64,000 nucleotides of DNA from Thermoplasmata archaeon (GCA_034667725.1 JAXDQS010000005.1:64001-128000); one strand, 5' to 3'; positions 29,601-38,511 are shown, numbered from the stretch's first letter. Numbers and translations are program-made. Notes: generated from the sequence alone by a model not told the origin.

Positions 29601-30860
29601 GCTTTGCACGTGCGGATTGGCCTTGACGAGGCCGTCGTCGAACTGGGTGTCGTCCGTGTGCGGGTCGTGGCGCCACCGGTCGCCGCCGCCGTGCAGATGG
29701 TGGACGTGCCCTTGGCCGGGGCCGGCGTTGACGAGGCGGAACTTGGTGGGGTCGCCCAGGTAGGCGCGGGGCAGGAAGGTGGCGGGGTCGCCGTAGGCGT
29801 AGCTGCTGAGCGCCAGCGACTTGTCGTAGGGCCGGTCGGTGCGGTTGGCCGCGAAGGCCGCCTCGGCGAACGCCTTGCGGTCATGGAACGGCTCGGTGCG
29901 CAGGTTCACGGCCTTCGTTCCCGGCCCATACTCGTTGCTATGGGTGCCCAGGATGGGCATCGGCTTCAGGAGGTGGGTGTAGAGGAGCGCCTCGTCGTGG
30001 TACAGGACGACGAACTCGCGGAAGTCGGCGCCGTGCGGGTCCGCCACGATGGCCTCAGGCCCCGACGTGGCCGGCGTGCCGGCCGGGGTGAGCCAGCGGG
30101 TGTGCCGCGGCTCCGCGACGATGGCGCCGAACAGGCCGTGGCTGGTCTGGCGGCGCGCGTCGGCGTGGCTGTGCAGGAAATGCGCCCCTTCCATCCCGGG
30201 CAGGTCGGGGACGAAGAAGCGGAATGGGACGGCCGTGCCCGGCATCGCGTAGTCGGGCGCCTGGGTGCCGAGCGCCATGCCCTGCCCTGGCTCCGTCTGG
30301 AGGCCGTGGGCGTGCAGGCCCACGGGGGCCGCCAGCAGGTTCAGCACCCGCACCTCCACGCAGTCGCCCAAGTGGGCGCGCACCACGTACGGCCGTGCCA
30401 GCGGGCTGGGCGCCAGCCGCGGCGAGGCCAGGCCAAGGACGTTCTCCACGACGGCGTCCCGCGCGCCGACCTGCGCCGGCGTCCGGGCAAGGTCGGCGGC
30501 GAAGGCGTCCAGCCGCGCCTGGAGCGCGGCGGCCGCCTCCTGCGGGTCGCCGGCGGCGAGGTCCGAGGCCAGGGCGGCCACGGCGGCCGACAGGCCCGCC
30601 TGGCCGGCCTGCGCCAGCTTGCCGGCCACGTCCGCCAGCAGGGCGGGCAGCTCCTCGTCCGGGACAAGAAGCTGGCCGAGCGGGTCGAAGTCGCCCCAGG
30701 CGTTGTAGCTCACGGGGAGGCCGACGGCGGTGGCGGCGTAGTGGCGCAGCGGGGCGCCGGCGGGGCAGGGGCCGGCGAGCGCCTCGGCCACCAGGCCGGG
30801 AAGGGGCCCGCCTTGCGCTTGCAGGCCGCCCAGGAGGGCGACGACGAGGAGGGCGGACAC
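26628..30860 (-). CDS. Large secreted multicopper oxidase, MnxG-like (~1410 aa)
   Basis: Hydrophobic signal; HAHG, HSH, HVHHLHG, YHCHIVEHYLAGMWG, MHIHLVQFDVQGSDG, YRWFADVELGMVYWHDH. Start uncertain (GTG 30860 or TTG 30893). Confidence 0.85.
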   Translation of the reverse strand: MSALLVVALLGGLQAQGGPLPGLVAEALAGPCPAGAPLRHYAATAVGLPVSYNAWGDFDPLGQLLVPDEELPALLADVAGKLAQAGQAGLSAAVAALASDLAAGDPQEAAAALQARLDAFAADLARTPAQVGARDAVVENVLGLASPRLAPSPLARPYVVRAHLGDCVEVRVLNLLAAPVGLHAHGLQTEPGQGMALGTQAPDYAMPGTAVPFRFFVPDLPGMEGAHFLHSHADARRQTSHGLFGAIVAEPRHTRWLTPAGTPATSGPEAIVADPHGADFREFVVLYHDEALLYTHLLKPMPILGTHSNEYGPGTKAVNLRTEPFHDRKAFAEAAFAANRTDRPYDKSLALSSYAYGDPATFLPRAYLGDPTKFRLVNAGPGQGHVHHLHGGGDRWRHDPHTDDTQFDDGLVKANPHVQSDSRRVDVQDLAPGDAFTAEIEGGAGGVQQSVGDFLYHCHIVEHYLAGMWGIWRVHNTRQPGLAPLPDRVPPPRAVDSKGLLGRTMPDGTLLTATNLKPWVEAHLPPQGVPAPGEAAVWDWAWKGLTALGEPGDPVAWPNHAASASSRPAVGFDPRDGRLAYPFLEPHLAKRPPFAPGHGPAPHLGPGGPDALCPASARGIAYDVVAMPTAVAYDSTHADPNGRVFALAEDVAAIASGTKPATSLNIRANQGDCVDVLLTSRLDEKVNMHIHLVQFDVQGSDGVVTGHNYEQSVRPATATGTALAAAVAPGATTVTLADPAAVRVGTLVGIGLTGPGAEIRKVLAVTGATATLDAPLAQAHPAGARVGAEFVRYRWFADVELGMVYWHDHVDGLHSWAHGLFGGLVVEPNGSQWCRPDRPAAALADCTGWTMAEGHVADIVASHAAHMAAGDHTFREMVLQFQDRACTPSCTSGGPFPLVPSRFGEPAAFNLRSAPLRSRAVADPFLSDALADGVPQGDPQTPMLVAHAGDPTTLRLLYAGQTMSRGLATFGVTGHRFTLGHHDPAAQPLDTLSLGISDQHSLVLECGAGGCLGTPGDYLYGMTQPEVRDRGAWGILRVLPNGTAGVAPLPSNRAPAPVAAGPVRAYDVVALRVPVTLNQRLGLTATMDIYALASDEAAILAGTLRPEPLVLRMAAGERLTVNLANHLPIPVAFHAGLLLPETAADLGIRVGDTNGTTVPPGGTATYQYRADRELGIARVSSHAALQTPFAATDPSLRGLYGAIVVEPAGAAFAPATGTHATLTLADGTQATEHVLLYASNDPLYDASAMSYKRQVGGNTMVNYRTEPLQAFLVDGCAQDPNACTLQLAQLDVRHPALPFAQALREPETPVLLATRGQPLVVRTLGGAGDQLAAHGIDGHWWADDALQPGCRPLGPACGRNLAATTPLGPGEAHNAWIPAAGPGGAGDYLWGNQRLAFQEAGAWGVLRVVG

Positions 30861-30941
30861 GCTGAGGGGAGCGGAACGGGACGGGGAGACCAACGGGACC
30901 ACCGGGACCAGACGGGACGGCAAAGAGAAGGACGACCCGAC

Positions 30942-30981
30942 GAGGAAGAAGGGGAAAGGGGAGAAAGGATGGGGCGAGGGG
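30942..30981 (-). terminator. Pyrimidine-rich putative terminator/attenuator
   Basis: Long C/T tract directly after the stop of the 30983-31702 gene. Confidence 0.4.
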
Positions 30982-30982
30982 C

Positions 30983-31702
30983 CTAGATGCAGCCGACGCC
31001 AATGGGCCCGCCGACCGGCAGCGGGATGGGCAGCAGGTTGGGGCCGACCAGGGGGAAGACCTGGATCTGGCCGAAGCCGTAGGGCATGGTGGCGGGCGGG
31101 TACACGATGGTCGAGTACGACTCGAGCAGGGGCAGCGAGCCCGGGTCGGGGACGTTGGTCCAGGCCATGCCGCCGAGCGTGCCGCCGGCGAAGTGGTCCC
31201 ACTGGTCGATGTTGCCGTCCGGCGGGCCGACGAAGCCGGGGGAGCCGGGGATCGAGGAGGGCATGGCGCCCCAGGGCGGGGCGCCGCCGCCGGGCGGCGC
31301 GCTGGCGAGGTCCCAGCCGGCGACGATGCCGGTCAGGTTGACGCCCAGGTTCTCGTACACGGTGCAGATCCACATGCCGCCCGTGGTCGGCGACGTGGGG
31401 GAGGTCGTGACGGGGCCGCACCATTCTCCCGGCTGGGAGACGGTCATGAGGGGCACCGGGCACGGCGCGAGCGTGTTGAAGACGAAGTCAGGGCCGGAGC
31501 AGTGGTCGACGCGCTGCTCCTTCACGGTCGTCGGGTAGGGGCCGACGATGACGTCCTGCTGGGGCGCCTTCATCGGGGCAGGCCCGGTCGGGGGGTAGCC
31601 ACAGACCTGCGCTGCCGCGCCGGCGGGGCCAGGCAGCAGGACGGTCAGGGTGAGCACGGCGGCGGCTAGGATTGCGGGGAGTTTGGTGTCGATGGGGACC
31701 AC
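30983..31702 (-). CDS. Secreted Pro/Gly/Cys-rich hypothetical protein
   Basis: Signal peptide ending AGAAA; six Cys; directly upstream of the oxidase. Confidence 0.75.
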   Translation of the reverse strand: MVPIDTKLPAILAAAVLTLTVLLPGPAGAAAQVCGYPPTGPAPMKAPQQDVIVGPYPTTVKEQRVDHCSGPDFVFNTLAPCPVPLMTVSQPGEWCGPVTTSPTSPTTGGMWICTVYENLGVNLTGIVAGWDLASAPPGGGAPPWGAMPSSIPGSPGFVGPPDGNIDQWDHFAGGTLGGMAWTNVPDPGSLPLLESYSTIVYPPATMPYGFGQIQVFPLVGPNLLPIPLPVGGPIGVGCI

Positions 31703-31758
31703 CCGGCGTGCGATTCACCATCCCCCACTTAGCCTGGCCCGCGATTTTGCAGAAATCA

Positions 31759-32253
31759 CTACGGCTGCCCGTCGGGAGGGCTCCGCACCTGCTCCCGCAG
31801 ACGCGCCGCCTGCGCCGGCTCCAGGCGGACCGCGTAGCGCGAGTTGCGGCGGGTGAGCTGCAGGTAGCCTTCGTCGCCGAGGCCGCCCAGGATGCGCTTG
31901 ACGACGCCGAAGCCCAGCCCGGTCGCGCGCGCCACCTGGTTCAGGCTCAACCCGTCCAGCGGGCCCTCCACGAGGAACGCCAGCAGGGCCCGCCGTCGCG
32001 GGTCGCGCACGAGGGCCGCGACCCCCGAGGGCTGGACCCCGGCGGCATAGTGGCGCAGGTCCCGGCCGTCCCGTCGGCACACGAGCTGGCGGGAGCGCAC
32101 AAGGACGCCGAGATGGTAGGTGGCCGTCGAATGGCTGATGAGCAGCTGCTGCGCAACGTCGCGGATCCTGCAGCCCGGGTTGCGCGCGACGAAGGCCCGC
32201 ACCGCCTCTTGGTTCCCCATTGCATCGACCTCGATCACGGGACCGACCACCAT
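31759..32253 (-). CDS. Tandem winged-HTH transcriptional regulator
   Basis: NPGCRIRDVAQQLLISHSTATYHL and LSLNQVARATGLGFGVVKRIL. Confidence 0.8.
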   Translation of the reverse strand: MVVGPVIEVDAMGNQEAVRAFVARNPGCRIRDVAQQLLISHSTATYHLGVLVRSRQLVCRRDGRDLRHYAAGVQPSGVAALVRDPRRRALLAFLVEGPLDGLSLNQVARATGLGFGVVKRILGGLGDEGYLQLTRRNSRYAVRLEPAQAARLREQVRSPPDGQP

Positions 32254-32400
32254 GCGTCCACGGCCCGAGGCCTACTTGAGGAACGCCAAGGCCTGGCTGA
32301 AGGCGTCCCCTGGAGGCGGTCGGCCCTAAGCCATCGTGGCCTTGCCATCGCTCTGGGGCATCGCATCAAAAAATGGGGAAAAAGGAGGTGAAGGGGCCGG

Positions 32401-32429
32401 TTCGGCTCGGTTTCGTCCACGATTTCGCG
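32401..32429 (+). repeat. 29-bp direct repeat, copy 2 (TTCGGCTCGGTTTCGTCCACGATTTCGCG)
   Basis: 26/29 identical to 26430-26458. Confidence 0.8.
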
Positions 32430-32661
32430 GTCCTCGTTTCTCAAGCGCTCGCTCAAAAACCGAGTCCATGGATGGGGGATGCGATCCACGGGCAAGACAG
32501 CTTTGAAAATCGGACTCGGCATCGACGATGCTTCAGGTGCGGCTCGCCGGCGCCTGGAGCGCGTCGGCCTGCTCCGCCGCGACGGCACGGGGCGCTTGCA
32601 GGCCGCAGGGCCGCCCGAGTCGTGAAATAGGCCGGCCCCGGTCGTTTGGCGGGTCCCCCCA

Positions 32662-33060
32662 ATGGCACACGACCACAGCCACGCTCCCGTCCTTGCGGCG
32701 GCGGTGCGGCAAATGCAGAACCTGTTCGCGACGTCGCAGCAGGCCATGTACGTCTACCTCGATGACGCCAACAAGGCGTGCAACGCGCGCTTCGCCGACC
32801 TGCTGGGGTACAGCGACCCTGCGGCGTGGGCGGCGGTCAAGCAGCCGTTCCCTTCGGCCTTCGTCGCGCCGGAGAGCCAGGAGGACCTGGTCGGCACGTT
32901 CCAGGACGCGATGGAGCACGGCGCCGGCGGCGTGACCCCGGTCATGTGGAAGCGCAAGGACGGCAAGACCGTGGAGTCCGACGTCATCCTCGTGCCCTTC
33001 GAAGTGGAAGGACACCGCCTCGCGCTGCATTTCGTCGAGCCGGTCGAGGACGAGGAGTAG
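32662..33060 (+). CDS. Stand-alone PAS domain protein
   Basis: CNARFADLLGYS, FVAPESQE, KRKDGKTV. Confidence 0.8.
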   Translation: MAHDHSHAPVLAAAVRQMQNLFATSQQAMYVYLDDANKACNARFADLLGYSDPAAWAAVKQPFPSAFVAPESQEDLVGTFQDAMEHGAGGVTPVMWKRKDGKTVESDVILVPFEVEGHRLALHFVEPVEDEE

Positions 33061-33114
33061 GCCTCGGGCTCGCCCGCAAGCAGCCTTTTCCCGCCCTTCC
33101 CTCCTCGCCGGCCC

Positions 33115-34458
33115 ATGCGCCTCCCGCTTGCCGTCGTGGCCGTCGCCTTGCTTCTGGCCGGCTGCTCCCAGCAATCCTCTGACACGACGACGTCCTCGTC
33201 CCCGACGCAGCCGCCGGCCGCGGTGCCGATGGCGTTCGCGACCCATGTCCTTCCCGCCGTCCACGCAGGCCACGGCCTGTACGAGCCGACCATCGACGTC
33301 TCGGGCTCCGGCGTCCTCTACGTGAGCGCCCACTCGACGGGCGTGGACGTGCAGGGCGCGCCGGCCTTCTTCAGCGTGGACGATGGCGTGACGTGGAGCA
33401 ACCTGCCGCTTCCGGGCTCCCCTGCCGGGGCGCCGGGCGAGGCGCAGGCGGGCACGACGCCGCCGAGCGACGAGATCTTCATCGTGGCGGGCACGGACGG
33501 CACGGCGTGGGGCGTCGACGTCACGCTGTTCGCGTTCCCGGTGAGCGGCTGGTGCAACGACGGCGCCGAGAACTGCTTCTACAGCCCGAACGCCTACGAC
33601 CGGGCGGCCACCACGTGCGCGCCGTCGAGCCTGAACGACCGGCCGTGGGCGGCGTACGCCAACGGCACGCTGCTGATGGTCAACAACCCTGGCGGCGGCC
33701 CCGTCCAGGTGGGCGCCATGAAGGTGCCGCCGTCCGAGCCCCTCGGGGTCGGCAACCCCGCCACGGGCCCGCAGTGGAACATGTGCGCGGGCGAAGGGGG
33801 CGGCTCCATCCCCGGCATCCCCGACATGCGGGAGGACCTGTTCTTCGCCGTGCCGCAGGTGCAGGGCGGGAAGCTGGTGGTCGTGACCGGCAACGCGGCC
33901 GACGTGGGCCAAGTGGAGCAGCATGACGTCCTGGACCAGTCGACGGTCGGCGTGTCCCAGATCGGCGATTCGGGCCAGGTGGCGTTCGACAAGACGGGCA
34001 CGATGTTCGTGGCCACCATGAACAACACGGCCGCCTCCGGCGCCGGCTCGGGCGCCTTCCAGGTCGCCTTCAGCACGGACGACGGAGCGTCGTTCACGGT
34101 GGGCCGCTGGTCCTTCGACCTGCCGGTGAGCTCGGTCTACATCGACGGCAACAAGTTCGGGCCCGGCCTTCTGGTCAACTGGGGCCTGGTCGACCAGGCG
34201 GGCACGGACTGGTACTTCGCGCACGCCTTCGTCGAGGACGGCCAACTCGTCCTGCGGGACGTCAGCCTCGCCGTCGACGACGGCCCCGAGGCGTCGCGCC
34301 ACGTCCAGGGCGCCGCGGCCGGCCCCGACGGCCGTGCCTACATGATCATGTCCGAGGTGTCGGGCAACGACGACGCCGCCATGGCCGCCGCCGTGGGCAC
34401 GATGCCGCTTTCGGTCGTGGTCCAGCAGGCGGGCCCGACGTTGCCCGTCGAGGCTTGA
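33115..34458 (+). CDS. Lipoprotein with Asp-box/BNR repeats (sialidase-like propeller)
   Basis: LAGC; SVDDGVTW, STDDGASF, DRPW. Confidence 0.8.
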   Translation: MRLPLAVVAVALLLAGCSQQSSDTTTSSSPTQPPAAVPMAFATHVLPAVHAGHGLYEPTIDVSGSGVLYVSAHSTGVDVQGAPAFFSVDDGVTWSNLPLPGSPAGAPGEAQAGTTPPSDEIFIVAGTDGTAWGVDVTLFAFPVSGWCNDGAENCFYSPNAYDRAATTCAPSSLNDRPWAAYANGTLLMVNNPGGGPVQVGAMKVPPSEPLGVGNPATGPQWNMCAGEGGGSIPGIPDMREDLFFAVPQVQGGKLVVVTGNAADVGQVEQHDVLDQSTVGVSQIGDSGQVAFDKTGTMFVATMNNTAASGAGSGAFQVAFSTDDGASFTVGRWSFDLPVSSVYIDGNKFGPGLLVNWGLVDQAGTDWYFAHAFVEDGQLVLRDVSLAVDDGPEASRHVQGAAAGPDGRAYMIMSEVSGNDDAAMAAAVGTMPLSVVVQQAGPTLPVEA

Positions 34459-34546
34459 CCGGCGCCCCGTCGCGCGCTGGTTTTGGCCGTTTCAAAAAGG
34501 GGGCGTTTGGCAAAGCTACTAGTACCGCCCGCCTTCAGCGGCATTC

Positions 34547-34873
34547 GTGAAATCGGTCTTGGTGGTCGAGGACGACCCCGACACCATGGAGTCGCTCGTG
34601 ACCGTGCTGCGCGGCGAAGGCTGGCTGCCCCATCAAGCCACCAACGTCCACCAGGCGACCGTGACCCTGCACAGCCACAGCCTGGACGCCGTGGTGGCGG
34701 ACAACTGGCTGCCGGACGGCAAGGGCAGCCAGTTCCTGCGGCTCGCGGCCGCGTTGCAGCCCTCGGCCCGCCGCATCCTCTACACGGGGCAGGAGGCGGA
34801 CCCGGCGGGCACGTACCGCATCATCCGCAAGCCGGCCATCGACAAGCTGCTGGCCAACCTGCGCGGCGACTAG
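34547..34873 (+). CDS. Stand-alone response regulator receiver domain
   Basis: VLVVEDD, DAVVADNWLPDGKG, YTG, RKP. Confidence 0.85.
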   Translation: MKSVLVVEDDPDTMESLVTVLRGEGWLPHQATNVHQATVTLHSHSLDAVVADNWLPDGKGSQFLRLAAALQPSARRILYTGQEADPAGTYRIIRKPAIDKLLANLRGD

Positions 34874-34875
34874 CC

Positions 34876-36165
34876 TCAGGTCCAGACGATGGTCGGGCCG
34901 GTGACGTTGGCACCAGTGGCGTCGTAGGCGCGGAACGCCACGGGCGCGCCGTTGGGCGCGTGCAGGCTCTTGGCCCAAGTGCCCCAGCTGGTGGCGGGCA
35001 GCGTGGTCCAGGCGCCGTCCGCAACCCGGGCCTCGACCTTCGCCACGGGCTTGGTCGCGGTGACGGCGGCCTCGATCCACCAGTCGTTGCCGACGGCGCG
35101 CGGCTGGAAGGTGGCCGCGAAGCCGGGGTCCTGGAACAGGAACCGGCTGGAGGCGGCGTTCCAGTGGGTCGCGAGGTAGCTGCCGGCCGGCGGGCTGGTG
35201 TGGTAGTAGTCGTCGTGGTTGCAGTCCAGGAAGCGCTCCTGGGTGGAGGCGCACCGGGTCAGCATGGTTTGGCCGGCCTTCAGCTTCCCGTCGTTGTAGC
35301 ACATGCGGTCGGCGTCGTCGACGCAGTGGGCGCCGTTGGTGGCGCGCGGGGCCGAGGCCTGGACGCCGCCGAGGTTGTGCATGAGCTCGTGGGCCTCGAC
35401 GCTGTTCTGCAAGCCCCAGCAGCCGGAGTCGATCCGGGCGTACATGGCGCTCTTGCCGTCGTTGGCGTTCACGGTGCCGTCGCCTTGCGGCGAGTCGTCG
35501 TTGTAGAAGTAGCCGATGCCGCAGTAGACGGTGGCGTCGGCCCACACCAGGTACTTGCGGGCGGCGGAGTTGTAGCCCAGCGCCTGCAACGCGCTGCGCA
35601 TCGTCGAGATCGAGGCTAGGCTGCCGGGCGGCAGGGCCGCGACCTGGACCAGCAGGTGGCATTGGCTGTCGGTCACCCAGCGCACGTGGCGGGTGCCGCC
35701 GGTCTGGGCAGCACTCAGGGCGTAGGTGGCCTCGACGTTGCCGGCGTAGACCGGGAACGAGGTGGCGTAGGTGGCGTAGCGGTTGGGCTTCCCCTGCTCG
35801 TAGGCGTAGATGGCCTGCACCCGCATCCCGGAGCTTCCGTCCTCGCCCGGGGGGCATCGGATGGGGGTCGCCGCGGCGATGGCGGCGGCGGTGGCGGGGG
35901 CGACGGCCGCCGCGACGTTGGCCTCGGCGGGGGCCGCGTCGGGGCCGTGGGTGCAGCCGGCGGCGGCGATCTCCAGCAGGCCTTGGCACAAGGTGCCGGC
36001 CTTGCCGGGCGACAGGCCGTCGAAGACCCGCCCCCGCGCCCGGTCGTTGGCGGGCACTTCTTGGAAGCCCGAATGGGCGTCCACGGCGGCCGGCGGCAGC
36101 GCCATGGCGGCCAGCCCGGAGGTGGTCAAGGTCAGGAGGGCCAAGATGGCCCAGGCAGACTTCAT
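34876..36165 (-). CDS. Secreted zinc metallopeptidase-like protein with a Trp-rich C-terminal module
   Basis: Signal peptide; AHELMHNLGGV; DRMCY; C-terminal GNDWWIE...WGTWAKS. Confidence 0.8.
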   Translation of the reverse strand: MKSAWAILALLTLTTSGLAAMALPPAAVDAHSGFQEVPANDRARGRVFDGLSPGKAGTLCQGLLEIAAAGCTHGPDAAPAEANVAAAVAPATAAAIAAATPIRCPPGEDGSSGMRVQAIYAYEQGKPNRYATYATSFPVYAGNVEATYALSAAQTGGTRHVRWVTDSQCHLLVQVAALPPGSLASISTMRSALQALGYNSAARKYLVWADATVYCGIGYFYNDDSPQGDGTVNANDGKSAMYARIDSGCWGLQNSVEAHELMHNLGGVQASAPRATNGAHCVDDADRMCYNDGKLKAGQTMLTRCASTQERFLDCNHDDYYHTSPPAGSYLATHWNAASSRFLFQDPGFAATFQPRAVGNDWWIEAAVTATKPVAKVEARVADGAWTTLPATSWGTWAKSLHAPNGAPVAFRAYDATGANVTGPTIVWT

Positions 36166-36333
36166 CGGGCGAAACTGGGGTTCCTCTGTCTTGAGCGGCC
36201 CGGCCAGCTTTTACGTCGCAGGGGCCCGGGGAGGCTTGCTACAAGAGGGGGACGGAAGGGGCCGCCCTCCTGAACATGTTTGGGCGGGCAGGCGGTCAAG
36301 TCCTCGCGCCGCCAGAAGATAAGGCGTGATTGC

Positions 36334-37416
36334 ATGCGCCCGGCCACCGTCGTCTTGGGGACGGTCCTCCTGGCGGCCGTCCTGACCGCCATCCTTGCGG
36401 ACCAACAGCCTTGGGCGCCCAGCACGCCCGTGGACCCGACCCGGCCCCAACCGAACCGGACCGCGCCGCCGCGGCTTCCTGACCTCGTCGAGACCCCGGC
36501 GGTCCAGCCCTTGGCGTTCGGCGGCGACGGCGACGGCCTGGCGGAACTGGCCCGGCTCGGCATCCCGGCGGACTACGGCACGGTCTGGGTCGGCGATTGG
36601 ACGCTCCATTGGGGCTGGAAGGAGCCCGACGTCGCGCTGCGGGGCCTGCGCGCCGCCAACGTCACCCCTGTCGTCCACTTTTACTATTGGGGCGACGACC
36701 TCGCGCGCGCCTGCTTCGACCACGGCTGCGCCGGCAAGACCCAGGCGGGCTGGGACCAGTTGGCGACGGAGCTGGCCACGCACCTGAACGACACGATGGG
36801 CGGAGCGCCGTCGCTGGTGCTGCTGGAAACCGAGTTCAACAAGGCGGACGTGGCCCGCCACAAGCCGCTCGACGCCTTGCTGGCCCAGAAGGCCACGGCG
36901 CTCGGGGCCGTCCCCGGCGTCCAGGTCGTGCTGCCGCTGGGCAACTGGAACGTGCCGGCCTGGCCGACCTGGGCCGCCGCAGCCAACGCCAGCGACTTCG
37001 TCGGGCTGCAGGCGCTGGCCGGCTCCACCCGCGACAGCCCGGAGGCGGCGGCCGCCTTGGCCGAGCGGACCCTGGCGGGCGCGCAGCAGCTCCAAGCCAC
37101 CTTCCACAAGCCGATCCTGCTGCACGACCTGGCGGTGTCCTCCTACCCGGAGCCGGAATGGCGGGCCACCCAGGCGGACACGGTGGCCAGCATCTTCGGC
37201 TGCCTGGCGCCGCTCAAGGCCGCCGGCGTGGAGGCGTTGCTCTACCGCAGCCTGCACGACGTCCCGACCATGGACCTCAAGAACCACTACGGGGAGGCGG
37301 AGCGCCATTTCGGCTTGGCGGACGATGCTGGCCTGAAGCCGGCCGGCCGCGCCTGGCTCGACGGCGTCCTGCGCGAGCGGGCCTTCCCTGCCGCCGCCGC
37401 AGAGACCGCATGTTGA
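36334..37416 (+). CDS. Secreted glycoside-hydrolase-like (TIM barrel) protein
   Basis: Signal peptide; LETEFN, DFVGLQ, KPILLHD, HFGL...GLKPA. Confidence 0.6.
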   Translation: MRPATVVLGTVLLAAVLTAILADQQPWAPSTPVDPTRPQPNRTAPPRLPDLVETPAVQPLAFGGDGDGLAELARLGIPADYGTVWVGDWTLHWGWKEPDVALRGLRAANVTPVVHFYYWGDDLARACFDHGCAGKTQAGWDQLATELATHLNDTMGGAPSLVLLETEFNKADVARHKPLDALLAQKATALGAVPGVQVVLPLGNWNVPAWPTWAAAANASDFVGLQALAGSTRDSPEAAAALAERTLAGAQQLQATFHKPILLHDLAVSSYPEPEWRATQADTVASIFGCLAPLKAAGVEALLYRSLHDVPTMDLKNHYGEAERHFGLADDAGLKPAGRAWLDGVLRERAFPAAAAETAC

Positions 37417-37673
37417 CGAGGGGCGGCGAGCGCCGACCGCAGCGCCGCCGTGGTGCGGCTGCCGCGCCAGCACGCCAGCACCGCCTCGGCGGCCTTGCGG
37501 TCGTCCGGGGCCAGCAGGTGACCGTTGGTGTATTCCAGCAGCGTGCGCAGCCGGGCGGCCCGGGCGCGCATCAGGCCGTCGGCGCCGGCGCGGCCGCGCA
37601 GCTTCTGCTCCACTGTGGAGAGGGCCTTGAGCAGCAGCCGCAAGTCCGTGGTCCCGATGGCAGGGACGGGCAT
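37287..37673 (-). CDS. Hypothetical protein (3' end overlaps the convergent gene)
   Basis: Helical-looking ORF filling 37417-37673; 130-bp antisense overlap. Confidence 0.35.
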   Translation of the reverse strand: MPVPAIGTTDLRLLLKALSTVEQKLRGRAGADGLMRARAARLRTLLEYTNGHLLAPDDRKAAEAVLACWRGSRTTAALRSALAAPRQHAVSAAAAGKARSRRTPSSQARPAGFRPASSAKPKWRSASP

Positions 37674-37818
37674 CAGGGGGTTTTCTGCCGTGGGACCCTG
37701 AAAACCCGGCCGGGACCCCAACATGTTGGCAGGCGCTAGGTCGCGCCCCTTTTGCTGGCCCGTCGCTGACCGCCGCCAGCCCAAGCACGATTTATGCCTG
37801 CCCGGCCTTGGCCGGCGG

Positions 37819-38511
37819 GTGTTCGGGGCTTGGCTGAACGCGGCCGCCACGGGGATCGCCGCCCTTGCCTACGCCGGCGCCGCCCGGTCGGCGCTGCGCC
37901 GGGGCAGGCGGCGCGCCGTCCCGACCCTGTTCGGCCTGATCGCGGTCTTCCTGGTGCTGGCGTCGCTGCGCCAGGTGGCCGCGGCGCTCTCGGAGGACCC
38001 GTGGTTCGCGGAGGCCGACCGCCAACTGTTCTTCCTGCTCTTGGTCCCGGCCGCCACCACCATCCTGCCGCTGGTGCACCTGCTAGGCAGCATCCTCTCG
38101 GACGACCCCCGCGTCCCGCGCCTGGCCACCGGGGTCGCCGCGCTGCCCATCGCCGTCGGCCTCTACTTCGCGTTCGCGGAGGGCGTCCACGGCCCCATCG
38201 TCTCCTGGTACGGCACCGACTGGGAGCTGGTGAGCCCCGTCACCAAGGCGATCCTGGTGGGCGTCATCCTGCTGCCCGCCACCGTGGGGTCGGCGTGGCT
38301 CATCCGGCTGGCGCGGGAGCCGGCGGTCCCGTCCCGCCGCATCCTGCTCGTCGGCGTGTCGTCGCTGGTGTTCTTCGTGCTGTTCGTGCTGGACGCCTTG
38401 ACGCTCCCGGGCCCGCTGTTGATCCTGGCGCGCCTCGGCACCGCCGCCGCCGGGGTCGTGGCCTGGGTCGCGTACGCCAAGTCGCCGCCGGAGCCCGCTG
38501 AGGCCGCATGA
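37819..38511 (+). CDS. Polytopic (~7 TM) membrane protein
   Basis: About seven hydrophobic stretches; ATGA-coupled to the antiporter. Confidence 0.7.
   Translation: MFGAWLNAAATGIAALAYAGAARSALRRGRRRAVPTLFGLIAVFLVLASLRQVAAALSEDPWFAEADRQLFFLLLVPAATTILPLVHLLGSILSDDPRVPRLATGVAALPIAVGLYFAFAEGVHGPIVSWYGTDWELVSPVTKAILVGVILLPATVGSAWLIRLAREPAVPSRRILLVGVSSLVFFVLFVLDALTLPGPLLILARLGTAAAGVVAWVAYAKSPPEPAEAA

Noticed and set aside
26628-31463. 1611-aa version of the oxidase from the ORF track
   Set aside because: The first ~200 codons overlap the 30983-31702 gene in another frame and cross a pyrimidine tract; the signal peptide begins near 30860-30893.
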